Origin: an uncultured Actinomycetota bacterium
GTDB taxonomy: Bacteria > Actinomycetota > Actinomycetes > Mycobacteriales > Pseudonocardiaceae
Length of the DNA stretch: 64,000 nt
Assembly: GCA_963771775.1 (NCBI GenBank)
Contig: CAVYUS010000014.1
Span: forward strand, 63,457 to 127,456
Direction of reading: 5' to 3'
Below are positions 21,990-31,834 of this stretch, in pieces. Each line of letters starts with the position of its first letter. Position 1 is the first letter of the stretch. The translations under genes and the position numbers were made by a program. The notes below the pieces were generated by a model. That model was not told where the DNA came from. It saw only the letters and a list, made by a program, of their open reading frames with translations, and did no database searches.

Positions 21990-23149
21990 CGCGGAGGTCC
22001 AGGCTGGACCCGTCGGCGAACGTCAGCCGCACCACCGGCCGCACCGGCAGACTCGCGCCCACGTAAGGGGTTTCCAGCGACCGCACGGCGTTGCGGGGAA
22101 TCTCTGCGAACGTGGTGAAAACCGTGGCGGGCTTGGCCTCGAACAGGTGCGTCGGATACACGACGGCCACCCGCTGGTCGCTCACCGCCAGCCGCGCGTT
22201 GCCCCGGCTGAAAGCGAAGTGGTCGGCCAGTTGCACCGCGAGTGAAGAAGCAGCGGGCGCCGAGACCCAGTAGCCGAGCGTCGGATCGTCGATCCAGTCC
22301 GGTGGCGACGGTGGTGCGGGCAGCGGCCACCGCGGCTCGGCCAGTTCCAGCGCCGGCATCGGGCTCAGCGGAGCGTGCGGGACCTGCAGCGACCCGCCGA
22401 CGACACCGCCCACGTAGCCGACGATCGGCGGAAGGCCGAGGACCAGGCGTTCGCCGGGGCGCAGCCAGAACGACGTCAGCTCCAACGCGGCGACCTTGTC
22501 CTCGGCCACGGAACCCTTACCCAGCACGAACTCGAAGCCGGAGCCGTCGACGAGCACCACTCGCAACGCCTGCGCGGACGACTGGACGTCGGCGATCTGC
22601 GCCCACGGCAGCTCGAAGACCACCCGGTAGTCCGGCACCGCGACGGGTTCGCCCTCGACGTGCTCGCCGAACTTCTTGCGGTTGTCGGCGAGGATCTTGC
22701 CCAGCTCCCGGCCGAACCCGACGGCCTTGCCCAGGAACGACTTCGACTCGGGTGCCGGTGACGCGGGAAACCACGTGCCGCTCGGCGACCACCAGTCGCG
22801 TGGACGTCAACGCCCACAGGCGATCCGCGCGTTCACCGGGTTCGAACCGCGACAACGCGCGTGCGGCCAGGCAGTCGGGAGATGAGCCGAACACCAGGTG
22901 GTCGGCGGCGGGAGACTTGTCGTCCCCCGCATCGCCACCGCCACCCAGCATCGTCAGCGCGAGATCGCCCACCCCCCGGCCCACGGCCGACGCCCCGCGC
23001 GTGAACAAGGACCGGCCCGGCGCGCCGAGCTGGTCGAGGCCGTCCACGGCGTAGTAGAAGGTCCGCCGGTACATCGCCCACCGCAGCGCCTCGCCCTGGC
23101 AGAGCCGCCGGGCGGTGTGGCCGGGGCCGAGTGGTGCCGAGAAGATCAC
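21973..23149 (-). CDS. Hypothetical protein downstream of the WXG100-like gene; frameshift near 22770
   Basis: GTGA overlap with upstream stop; VIFSAPLGPG...LWALTSTRLVV in one frame continues as KSFLGKAVGFGRELGK...PDYRVVFELPW in another. Confidence 0.65.
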
Positions 23150-24615
23150 TCGTACTCGAATCCTCGGTTCATGGCGTCCGCGCGCTCCTCGTCGGAGGAC
23201 GGGTCCTGGCTTTCGTTGTAGCCGTGCTTGATGCCCTGCTCCATCGCGAGGCCGGGAGCATTCTCCATGATGCCGTTGGTGATGGCGGTCGGCACGTGGG
23301 TGGTGCCGCTCATGCCCGCCATGCGCAGCCCGGCCTCGGTGAGGTTCGTGGTCAGCGAGTCCGACCCCGGCCCGTCGACGCCGAAGCGTTCGGCGAACCT
23401 GTTGCCGGTCTTCGAGGCCATCGTTGTCGGGTCCGCCTTGGTGACGATCTTGGCCAGCGGGTTGGCGTCGATCTTGCGCATCACCCACTTCTCGGCCATG
23501 TTGCCGTCGCGCAGGCCTTCGGCCTTTTCGACGAGCTTCTTCAGCGGGCCCTTGCGCAGCGCCTGCAGCAGGTCCTCGAGCTTGTCGATCAACGGCTTGA
23601 GCTTGCCGAGCAGCTGCTTGACCTTCATGCCCAGGCGCGCCATCGTTCCGCCGACCTGGGCGGTGGTGGCGACGCCCGCCGCGGCCATCGAGGCACCGGC
23701 GGTGATCCACGAGGCGGCCAGCGCGGCCAGCCACTCGATGATCAGGCCCATCACCAGCTCTTGCAGGATGTCGATGCAGATCTCGACGAACGCGTCGAAG
23801 AGGTCGGCGGCGAGGTCCAGCATCTGCTGGAGGCCGCGGATCTCGTTCGAGAACGCTTCGGCGCCCGCGCCGAACTCGTCCATCTGCTTGCGGAACCGGT
23901 CGCCGGCCTGGCCGGTCCACGGTTCCGACGTCGCGGTGGCACGGGTCTTCTCGTGTTCGCCGGACTTCTGCACCCAGTCCGCGACCTTGCCCCAGCCGGT
24001 CGCGGTGCTGCGCATCTGCTCGGGGTCGCCGATCGCGGGTTCGAGCACGAGCTCGACGATCGGGCTGATCACGATGCCGATCAGGAAGCCGAGGCCGTTG
24101 TCGATGAACGACTGGCCGGGGCTCATCACGAACTGCAGCTGCTCCATGCGGGCGTTGACCGCCGCGATCGCCACGTCCGGCGGGCTGCCCGCCCGCGCGA
24201 TGTCGCCGCCGGTGCTCACCCACGAGCTGCCGTAGCCGGCGTTCTGCTCGAAGTCGCTCTTGCGGTTGCCGTTGCCCGCGCCGTTGAGGTCGGCCAGGCT
24301 GCCCGGACCGGCGGAGGAGATCTTCGTCAACCCCTGGTGGATCGCGTCCTCGACGTCGCGGTAGGTCTGGGCGGTCTGCTCGGTGCGCTCGGACACGCCC
24401 TCCAGGAAACCCTTGGCCTTGTTGGCCATGTCCTGGCATTCCTTCAGGCCCTCGAAGTACTTGAACGCCATCAGCTCGCCGAGCGGGCCGAAGCAGTCGT
24501 CGCTCACCCGTGCCTGTTCGAGCAGCGAGGCCAGCTGACCGAACTGGCCGGCCGCCTCCTGCGAACCCTTGCTGTGCGCGAGCAACGCACCGCCCTGCAC
24601 CTGGTAACCCGTCAT
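23146..24615 (-). CDS. Type VII secretion substrate-like protein (EspC-like N-terminus plus WXG100-like domain)
   Basis: GYQVQGGALLAH...DCFGPLG...TAQTYRDVE; GDPEQMR..ATGW...WTGQAG; hydrophobic helix; variable tail. Confidence 0.7.
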   Translation of the reverse strand: MTGYQVQGGALLAHSKGSQEAAGQFGQLASLLEQARVSDDCFGPLGELMAFKYFEGLKECQDMANKAKGFLEGVSERTEQTAQTYRDVEDAIHQGLTKISSAGPGSLADLNGAGNGNRKSDFEQNAGYGSSWVSTGGDIARAGSPPDVAIAAVNARMEQLQFVMSPGQSFIDNGLGFLIGIVISPIVELVLEPAIGDPEQMRSTATGWGKVADWVQKSGEHEKTRATATSEPWTGQAGDRFRKQMDEFGAGAEAFSNEIRGLQQMLDLAADLFDAFVEICIDILQELVMGLIIEWLAALAASWITAGASMAAAGVATTAQVGGTMARLGMKVKQLLGKLKPLIDKLEDLLQALRKGPLKKLVEKAEGLRDGNMAEKWVMRKIDANPLAKIVTKADPTTMASKTGNRFAERFGVDGPGSDSLTTNLTEAGLRMAGMSGTTHVPTAITNGIMENAPGLAMEQGIKHGYNESQDPSSDEERADAMNRGFEYE

Positions 24616-24622
24616 GCCCCCA

Positions 24623-25140
24623 TCACCTCAAGATCGAGTTGCCGCCGAAGTCGTCATCGTCTGCGACGGGCGCGGGACGCGGACGGTTCCCCGGTGCGGG
24701 CCTCGACACAGGCGGCGGTGCCATCTGCTGCGGTGGCGGTGCCATGTGTTGCTGTGGCGCCATGGGCTGCGTGCACTGTGGGGCGCTTCCGGCATCATCA
24801 CGTTCGAGTGCGCGTTGAACGCGTCCTTGAAGCGTTCGGCCTGGTCACCCAGCACCGGCACCACGGTCTCCTGCAACGCCTGCGCGGCCTGCTGCGTCGC
24901 CGCCCGGATGGTGGCGAGGATCTCCTGCTGCAGCTGCGTGTGGCTGTACTTCATCGCGTTCGGGCTCAGCTGCAGACCCAGCACGGCACCCGACGGCGCG
25001 ACGGTCGCGACGACCGAACCGTCGCCGCTGCGGGCCTGCCCGCGCAGCTCCGAGATCTTGTCCTTGAGCTGGCCTGCTTTGGCGGCCTGCTCCTGGAACG
25101 CGCGGATCTTCTCTTCCAGTTGTGCGCGGCGGTCCGGCAC
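24623..25140 (-). CDS. YbaB/EbfC (EspL-like) protein; frameshift near 24775
   Basis: ARSGDGSVVATVAPSGAVLGLQL; alternate frame gives Pro-rich tail ending DDDDFGGNSILR*. Confidence 0.75.
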
Positions 25141-25216
25141 GGCGACCCCTTCCCCAGTGTCGAACAGGTCGCCACCACGCTAGCAACTTGACCTCCAGCG
25201 GGATGGAGCTCGCACC

Positions 25217-25903
25217 ATGGTCGGCATGAACGTGGTGATCACCGGCGGTGCCAGGGGTTTCGGACGCACGATCGCGCGGCGGTTCGCCGCCCAGGGCGCC
25301 ACGGTCGTGGTCACCGCCCGCGATCTCGTGGCCGCGCAACGCACTCGCGATCTGTTGCCGGACGGTCACGCGCTGCAGTGCGACCTGACCGATCCGGTGT
25401 CGGTCCGGCGTTGTGCCGACCAGGTGGGGGAGTTGCTCGGGCACGTCGACGTGCTGGTCAACAACGGAGCGGCGTTCCTCGAGGATTCGCAAGCGGACGA
25501 CGACGCGATCGTGCGGACCATCTTGTCCGGTACGGCCGGAACGGTGCTGATGACCGAAAACTTCCTGTCGCTGCTGCGTCGCTCCGAGCGTGCGGACGTC
25601 GTGACGATCGTGTCGCTGGAAGCCGAGTTACGCAGCGATCCCGCGCACATCGCGCACGCGGCGTTCCACGCGGCCAAGGCGGGGCAGGGCCGGTACACGG
25701 AGATCATGTCGCAACGGTTGCGGCCAGAGGGGATCCGCATGATCTCGCTGTATCCGCCGGACTTTGACAACGACGACAACGCACCGCGCGACGGCATGCT
25801 GACCGCCCAGTCCGTGGCCGATTGCGTGTTGTTCGCCGTGAACCAGCCGCGCGACTGCTTCATCCGCTCGTTCCACTTCGAACCCCTGCACGGACAGTCC
25901 TAG
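25217..25903 (+). CDS. SDR family oxidoreductase
   Basis: VVITGGARGFG, CDLTD, LVNNG; FHAAK in place of YxxxK. Confidence 0.85.
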   Translation: MVGMNVVITGGARGFGRTIARRFAAQGATVVVTARDLVAAQRTRDLLPDGHALQCDLTDPVSVRRCADQVGELLGHVDVLVNNGAAFLEDSQADDDAIVRTILSGTAGTVLMTENFLSLLRRSERADVVTIVSLEAELRSDPAHIAHAAFHAAKAGQGRYTEIMSQRLRPEGIRMISLYPPDFDNDDNAPRDGMLTAQSVADCVLFAVNQPRDCFIRSFHFEPLHGQS

Positions 25904-26772
25904 CGGAACAGGATGCGGGTGATCTCCGTGTCCGTGGCGCGCCCCTCGTCGTAGGCGCCCTCGCCCTTGAGGTTGTTCATGATCGCGAGCGTGTACCGCT
26001 CGTCCGGCCCGACGAACCCGACCGAGTTCATCACCCAGCCGCCGTCCTCTTCCGACCAGCCGTTCTTCGCACCGGAGTCCGGGCCCCAGACACCCCACTG
26101 CTGTACCGGGCCGACCTGACGCATCTGCTCGACGATGTACGCGCGGTCCTCCGCGGGTACGGTGTCGAGGACGTAGTTGATCAGGCGGTCGAGGTCGTTC
26201 GCCGTGCACTTCTCGAAGCCCCAGTACGGAAAACTGGACGAATACCCCCGTTGGGGGACCAATTCGGTCATTCCGTACTTCGCGAACGCGGCGTTGAACG
26301 TCGTGCCGCTGTACCGCTTCCACAACGTGTCGGCCGCGTCGTCGTCGGAGGTGTGCAGCATCGCGGTCATCAGCCGGCGGTCTTCGGTGCTCAGCTTGAT
26401 CTTGCCGGCGCGGTGGCGCTCCAGCAGGTTCACGACCATCGCGAGCTTGATCGTCGACGCGGTCCACACCAGGTCGCCCGCGTGGTCGTTGCGCCACATC
26501 ACCCCGGTCTTGCGGTCGCGCAGCACGATGCCGACGGTGCCCGGCCTGGTCTCGGCGTAGTCCTGCGCGGCCCTGACGCGCTTCTGGAGGTCGCATTCGA
26601 GCCCGCTGTCGGGCATCGGGCAGACCTCGGGGGTCGCGACGAGGGGCGCTGCTGCAGGGGTGTGTGACTGCTGCGTGGGCGTGACGGCGGGTGGGTCTGC
26701 CGTCACGGCCTGACTGCACGCCGTGAGGGCAAGCGCGCACGCAACAAGGACTGGCCGGAGCATGAACCGCAC
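25900..26772 (-). CDS. Serine hydrolase/beta-lactamase-fold lipoprotein (LppW-like)
   Basis: LTAC lipobox; ASTIK (SxxK), SDD, KNGW. Confidence 0.8.
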   Translation of the reverse strand: MRFMLRPVLVACALALTACSQAVTADPPAVTPTQQSHTPAAAPLVATPEVCPMPDSGLECDLQKRVRAAQDYAETRPGTVGIVLRDRKTGVMWRNDHAGDLVWTASTIKLAMVVNLLERHRAGKIKLSTEDRRLMTAMLHTSDDDAADTLWKRYSGTTFNAAFAKYGMTELVPQRGYSSSFPYWGFEKCTANDLDRLINYVLDTVPAEDRAYIVEQMRQVGPVQQWGVWGPDSGAKNGWSEEDGGWVMNSVGFVGPDERYTLAIMNNLKGEGAYDEGRATDTEITRILFR

Positions 26773-26824
26773 GCTATAGGGGCCGATCGGACGTAGTCGA
26801 CCGCCATACGGACGCGTCGATCAA

Positions 26825-26890
26825 GTTAAGAATATTTGACACGGTGTCCAATTCGCTTTACCTTGGTGATGTCAGGTTTCTTTGACATCA
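26825..26890 (+). promoter_or_regulatory. Sigma70-type promoter flanked by two GTYA-N8-TGAC operators
   Basis: TTGACA (26836)-17 bp-TACCTT (26859); GTTAAGAATATTTGAC and TGATGTCAGGTTTCTTTGACATCA. Confidence 0.65.
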
Positions 26891-26901
26891 GGAGCGGGAC
26901 C

Positions 26902-27324
26902 ATGGCGTTCGAGGAGAAGAGAGCGTGGGCCATGGCGATCATCGCCGTGCTCGCCTACGCGATGTACGTGCTGGTGATCTTGGGCAAAGCGGACGGACGG
27001 CCGCTGGCTGAAGTGCCGTACGCCGGCACCGCGCTCTGGACGATCGGGATCGCGATCATCGCGGGCATCGTGTCCGGGATCTGGTTCGGCATCGCCTCTC
27101 GCGGAGACGGGGTCCAGGCGGACGAGCGGGACCAGGAGATCGGCCGGTACGGCGAGTACGTGGGCCAGTCGTTCGTCGTGATCGGCGGAGTGTCCGCGAT
27201 GGCGCTGGCGATGTTCGAGGCGCCGCACTTCTGGATCGCGAACGTGCTCTACCTGTGCTTCGTGCTGTCCGCGGTGCTCAGTTCGGTGACGAAGATCGCG
27301 GGCTACCGGTGGGGTCTGCAGTGA
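26902..27324 (+). CDS. Small 4-TM membrane protein (DUF2178-like)
   Basis: AGGAG RBS; DERD motif between TM pairs; coupled to XRE gene. Confidence 0.7.
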   Translation: MAFEEKRAWAMAIIAVLAYAMYVLVILGKADGRPLAEVPYAGTALWTIGIAIIAGIVSGIWFGIASRGDGVQADERDQEIGRYGEYVGQSFVVIGGVSAMALAMFEAPHFWIANVLYLCFVLSAVLSSVTKIAGYRWGLQ

Positions 27325-27545
27325 AGCCCACCAAGGTCACGAACTCCATCCGCGCCCTGCGGTTCGCGCACGGCGAGATGAAGCAGGCCGACCTCGCCGC
27401 GGCGATCGGCGTGACGCGGCAGACGTTGATCGCCGTCGAGCAGGGGCGCTACTCGCCCTCGCTGGAGGTGGCGTTCCGGATCGCACGCGTGTTCAAGGTT
27501 TCGCTCGAAGAGGTTTTTCAGTACCCGGAGGAGGAGTTTCAGTGA
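27321..27545 (+). CDS. Small XRE-family HTH regulator
   Basis: QADLAAAIGVTRQTLIAVEQGRYSPSLEVAFRIA. Confidence 0.9.
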   Translation: MKPTKVTNSIRALRFAHGEMKQADLAAAIGVTRQTLIAVEQGRYSPSLEVAFRIARVFKVSLEEVFQYPEEEFQ

Positions 27546-28489
27546 TGAAGGCTGTTGTGCAACGAAGATATGGATCGGCGGCGCTCGGTGAGCTGGATGT
27601 GCCTGTGCCTGGGCAGGGTGAGGTTCTGCTGGAGGTGCGGGCGGCGGGCGTCGACATGGGCACCTGGCACCTGCTGACCGGGAAGCCGTACCTGTTGCGG
27701 GTCATCGGGTTCGGGTTGCGCGGGCCGAAGTCGCCGGTGCCGGGGCACGACGTTTCCGGTGTCGTGTCGGCGGTGGGGCCGGGGGTGACCGAGTTCGCGG
27801 TCGGGGACGAGGTGTTCGGGACGTGCCCCGGCTCGTTCGCCGAGTACGCGGTGGCTCCCGTGAGTCAGCTGGCTCGTAAGCCGGCCGGGTTGTCGTTCAC
27901 CGAGGCCGCCGCCGTGCCGATCTCGGGTGCGACGGCGTTGCAGGGATTGCGTGGAGTTCAGCCGGGGCAACGGGTTCTGGTGCTCGGCGCCGGTGGTGGC
28001 GTCGGGTCGTACGGGGTGCAGATCGCGCGGGCTCTCGGTGCTCACGTCACCGGCGTGTGCAGCACCGGCAAGCTGGAGATGGTGCGGTCGTTGGGAGCGC
28101 ACGAGGTCGTCGACTACACGGTCGCGGACTTCACTGGCACATATGACGTCGTGCTCGACTGCGGTGGGCACCGGTCGTTGTCGCGGCTTCGCCGGGCGTT
28201 GGTACCCAAGGGAAAGCTGGTGCTGGTGGGTTCCGAGACGTCGGGGCCGTTGATGGGCGGCTTCGACCGGGCGTTGCGCGCCATGGCGTTGAACGCGTTC
28301 GTGCCGCAGAAGCTCGTTGCGTTGGCGTCGGTGGAGCGGGGTGCCGACTTCGAGGAGCTGCGGGTGATGATCGAAGCGGGCTCGGTGAACCCGGCGGTGG
28401 ACCGGACCTTCCCGTTGTCCGAGGCGCTCGACGCCGTGGAGTACGTCTACTCGCGACGGTCGGCCGGCAAGGTCGTCGTCACGATCTGA
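27542..28489 (+). CDS. MDR-family NAD(P)-dependent oxidoreductase (quinone reductase-like)
   Basis: PGHDVSG, GAGGGVG, GKVVV. Confidence 0.88.
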   Translation: MMKAVVQRRYGSAALGELDVPVPGQGEVLLEVRAAGVDMGTWHLLTGKPYLLRVIGFGLRGPKSPVPGHDVSGVVSAVGPGVTEFAVGDEVFGTCPGSFAEYAVAPVSQLARKPAGLSFTEAAAVPISGATALQGLRGVQPGQRVLVLGAGGGVGSYGVQIARALGAHVTGVCSTGKLEMVRSLGAHEVVDYTVADFTGTYDVVLDCGGHRSLSRLRRALVPKGKLVLVGSETSGPLMGGFDRALRAMALNAFVPQKLVALASVERGADFEELRVMIEAGSVNPAVDRTFPLSEALDAVEYVYSRRSAGKVVVTI

Positions 28490-29628
28490 CCGCCGATGAC
28501 CACGGTGGTCACGTGCCGCAGCGCGGTGATGTCCCGCATGGGATCGCCCTGCACGGCGATGATGTCCGCGTCCCAGTCCGGCTTCAGCATTCCTTTGCTG
28601 ACACCGCAGGCCTTCGCGGCCTGACTGGTGGCACTCGCCAGCACCACCTTGTTCGGGATGCCGGCCTCGATCATGTCGGCCAGGGCGTAGGCGGTGATCC
28701 CGTGCGGCTTGCCCACACCGATCCCGCCATCGGTCCCGGACACGGCCCGCACGCCGTGGTCGTACATCCGGCCGGCCGCGTTGATCTTGGCGGCGATGCT
28801 CATCCCCATGCGCTCGAACGCCTCCCGGATCTCCGGTGGCGGCTCCATCGTGACACCGAGGGTGTGGCAGACCGCGATGTCGGCTTCGGCCAGTGCGTCC
28901 ATCAGCTCGACCGGGACGACCATGGCCCCGCCGGTGAGGCACGTGCAGTGCTCGATGCCGTCGACGCCGGCGGCCACGGCGCGCTGGACCGCCGCGAGGC
29001 TGTGGGCGTGGGCGGTCACCGGCAGGCCGAGCGAGTGGGCTTCCTCGACCACCACGCGGAGTTCCCGTTCGGTGAACTGGCAGTCGTCGACGGCCGTGCC
29101 GGGAGTGGCGAACCCGCCGCTGGCCATGATCTTGACGATGTCGACCCGGCGTTCGGCTCGCTCGCGCACGGCCTGGCGGAGTGCTTCTTCGCCGGCGACC
29201 TCGCCACCCATGGACCAGCAGTGGCCCTGGGGACTCGTGATGGGCGGGCCGGCCGCGAGGATTCGCTGCCGGTGGCGGTCGCGCTGGTCGGCCACGGCCC
29301 ACGCGCGGTCGCCGAGATCGCGGACGGTCGTCACGCCGGCCTGGAGCTGGCGGTCGAGACTGCCCTTGATCACCTCGTCGAGGTGTTCCTCGGAGAAGCC
29401 GGGGAGGCGGTCCAGCGCGCCGTTCTCGCTGTCCGCGCAGAGATGGACGTGGGTGTCGATCAGTCCCGGTAGGACGGTGGCGGTGCCGAGATCGATGATC
29501 TCGGCACCGGGAACGTCCGGATGGCCCGGCTCGATCGCCTTGATCCGGCCGTCGTCGGTCACGACCGTGAGAGGGCCGGCGAGCGTCCGCTCACCGTCGA
29601 AGGCACGCCCCGCTCGCAGCGCCAGCAT
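28447..29628 (-). CDS. Metal-dependent amidohydrolase (prolidase-like)
   Basis: PGLIDTHVH, GVTTVRDLG, KIMASGG, AHAH, IEH, GTD. Confidence 0.88.
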   Translation of the reverse strand: MLALRAGRAFDGERTLAGPLTVVTDDGRIKAIEPGHPDVPGAEIIDLGTATVLPGLIDTHVHLCADSENGALDRLPGFSEEHLDEVIKGSLDRQLQAGVTTVRDLGDRAWAVADQRDRHRQRILAAGPPITSPQGHCWSMGGEVAGEEALRQAVRERAERRVDIVKIMASGGFATPGTAVDDCQFTERELRVVVEEAHSLGLPVTAHAHSLAAVQRAVAAGVDGIEHCTCLTGGAMVVPVELMDALAEADIAVCHTLGVTMEPPPEIREAFERMGMSIAAKINAAGRMYDHGVRAVSGTDGGIGVGKPHGITAYALADMIEAGIPNKVVLASATSQAAKACGVSKGMLKPDWDADIIAVQGDPMRDITALRHVTTVVIGGQIVTTTLPADRRE

Positions 29629-29748
29629 GCCGGACAGTCTGAGCGCCACATGCTGGGAAAGCAATGGTCAGGCTTGCGCAGGGGTACCCCCGGCCGGGGA
29701 TCCCCTCGCAACCCAACCTACTCGGCGGCACCGACAAGATCGGCCGGC

Positions 29749-30399
29749 TCAGCGCGCGTGCGGCAGCGTGAACGAGTCGACCTGCGGCAGGTCGTGCCCG
29801 AGCCGGTCGCGCTTCGCCGTCAGGTACGCGATGTTGTGCGAGTTCGGAGCCATCAGCAGAGGGACCCGCGCGGTGACCGGGATGCCGTTCTCCTCCAGCG
29901 CCGCGATCTTGTCCGGGTTGTTGGACATGAGTCGCACCGACTGCACGCGCAGGTGTCGCAGGACACGAGCCGCGGGCGTGTAGTCGCGGATGTCCACCGG
30001 GAGGCCGAGGGAGGTCGCGGAGTCCAGGGTGTCCATGCCGGCGTCCTGGAGCACGTGGGTGCGAACCTTTGCCACCAAACCGATTCCACGGCCCTCGTGG
30101 CCGCGCAGGTACACGAGGATGCCGCTGCCCTCGCGCACGATGGTGTTCAGCGCCGCATCGAGTTGTTCGCCACACTCGCAGCGCATGGCGGCGAAGATGT
30201 CACCGGTCATGCACTCAGAGTGGATGCGCACCAGCACGTTCTCGCGCAGTTTTGTCTTGCCGTAGACGAGAGCCATGTGCTCGTGGCCGTCCGCGCGGAA
30301 TGCGACTGCGCGGAAGGTGCCACGGCGGGTCACCAGGTCGGACTCCGCCACGTCTTCCTCGTTGAAGGCCTGTTCGAACATCTCGGGTCCCCTCGTCAC
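29749..30399 (-). CDS. ribA: GTP cyclohydrolase II paralog with His in place of the conserved Tyr
   Basis: RIHSECMTGD...RCECG Zn ligands, EGRGIGL, MSNNPDK, YLTAK...LGH. Confidence 0.9.
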   Translation of the reverse strand: MTRGPEMFEQAFNEEDVAESDLVTRRGTFRAVAFRADGHEHMALVYGKTKLRENVLVRIHSECMTGDIFAAMRCECGEQLDAALNTIVREGSGILVYLRGHEGRGIGLVAKVRTHVLQDAGMDTLDSATSLGLPVDIRDYTPAARVLRHLRVQSVRLMSNNPDKIAALEENGIPVTARVPLLMAPNSHNIAYLTAKRDRLGHDLPQVDSFTLPHAR

Positions 30400-30473
30400 C
30401 AGGCGCCTCCCGAGCGTTCAACTACGCTCGGAGCGAGGTCGCACCGTAACCCGACCGCACAGCGGAGGTCATC

Positions 30474-30884
30474 CTGTTCAGCATCACCGTCCGCGATCAC
30501 GTCATGATCGCCCACAGTTTCCGCGGCGAGGTCTTCGGTCCGGCACAACGTCTCCATGGAGCAACGTTCCTGGTCGACGCAACGTTCAAACGTGCTGAGC
30601 TCGATTCGGACAACATCGTTGTCGACATCGGACTCGCCACGCAGGAGCTGAACAAGGTCCTGGCCGCGTTCAACTACCGCAACCTGGACGAAGAACCGCA
30701 GTTCGCGGGCATCAACACGTCCACGGAGTGGCTCGCGAAGTTCATCGCGGACCAGCTCGCGGACAAGATCTCCGAGGGTGCTCTGGGCGAGGGTGCCCAC
30801 GGCATCGATGGGATCACCGTCACACTCCACGAGTCTCATGTGGCGTGGGCGAGCTACGAACGTGCACTTCGTACTGCCGGCTGA
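30474..30884 (+). CDS. 6-pyruvoyl-tetrahydropterin synthase-like T-fold protein (PTPS-IV subfamily), probable CTG start
   Basis: [49 protein letters not shown]. Confidence 0.85.
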   Translation: MFSITVRDHVMIAHSFRGEVFGPAQRLHGATFLVDATFKRAELDSDNIVVDIGLATQELNKVLAAFNYRNLDEEPQFAGINTSTEWLAKFIADQLADKISEGALGEGAHGIDGITVTLHESHVAWASYERALRTAG

Positions 30885-31834
30885 CGTCGGCGATCCGGCC
30901 AGTCCCAGCGGCGGCAACGTCTACGACCTGCGTGTCAGCGCGGGTCTGAACCGGTTGACCGTCGCTGGTGACTGGCCGCGCCCGCGTGACACCGCGGCGT
31001 TGGAGCAAACGCTTGCGGGCATCCCGGACGGCGACGTCGTGCTGATGGACGGCCTGGTCGGCTGCGGTCTGCCCGAGGTCGTCGTCCCGCACGCGCGACG
31101 GCTCCGGCTGGCCGTGCTGGTGCACCTGCCGCTGGCCGACGAGACCGGGCTCGACCCCTCGACGGCCGAACTGCTCGACGCGAAGGAACGGCAGGTCCTG
31201 CACGCGGCGAGCGCCGTCATCGCGACCAGTCCCACCGCCGCCGAGAACATCAGGACCAGGCACGGGCTGAGCACCGTCCACGTCGTCCTGCCCGGCACCG
31301 ATCCGGCCCCGCTCGCCACTGGCACGGACGGACGCACCCAACTGCTCTGCGTTGCCTCGATCACACCCCGCAAGGGCCATGACGTGCTGGTCAGAGCGCT
31401 GCGCAAGATCGACCACGACTGGCGGCTCAACTGCGTCGGGCCACACCGGCCGTTCCTGCGAGAACTCCCGCACGATGATCGCGTCAGCTTCCCCGGACCG
31501 CTCACCGGTGAGGCTCTGAGCAGCGCATACGCGACCGCCGACCTGTTCGTGCTGGCCAGCCGGAACGAGACCTACGGCATGGTCGTCACCGAGGCGCTGG
31601 CGAGAGGCCTGCCGGTCATCGCGAGTGCCGTACCGGACGCGCTCGCCGACGGCGGCCTGCTCCTCCCGCCGGGTGACGAAGACGCCCTCTCAGCTGCACT
31701 CCAGCGGTGGTTCGAAGATCGGGAATTCCGGGCCGGACTGCACGACCAGGGCACTGGCCCGACGCGCCCGGTTGTCCACATGGGACGAATCCACAGAGGA
31801 CCTGCGGAGGGTGCTGGCTACTCTGCGGCCATGA
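30862..31834 (+). CDS. Family 4 glycosyltransferase; frameshift near 31745
   Basis: [27 protein letters not shown]; natural tail RLSTWDE..LRP* in another frame. Confidence 0.82.
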
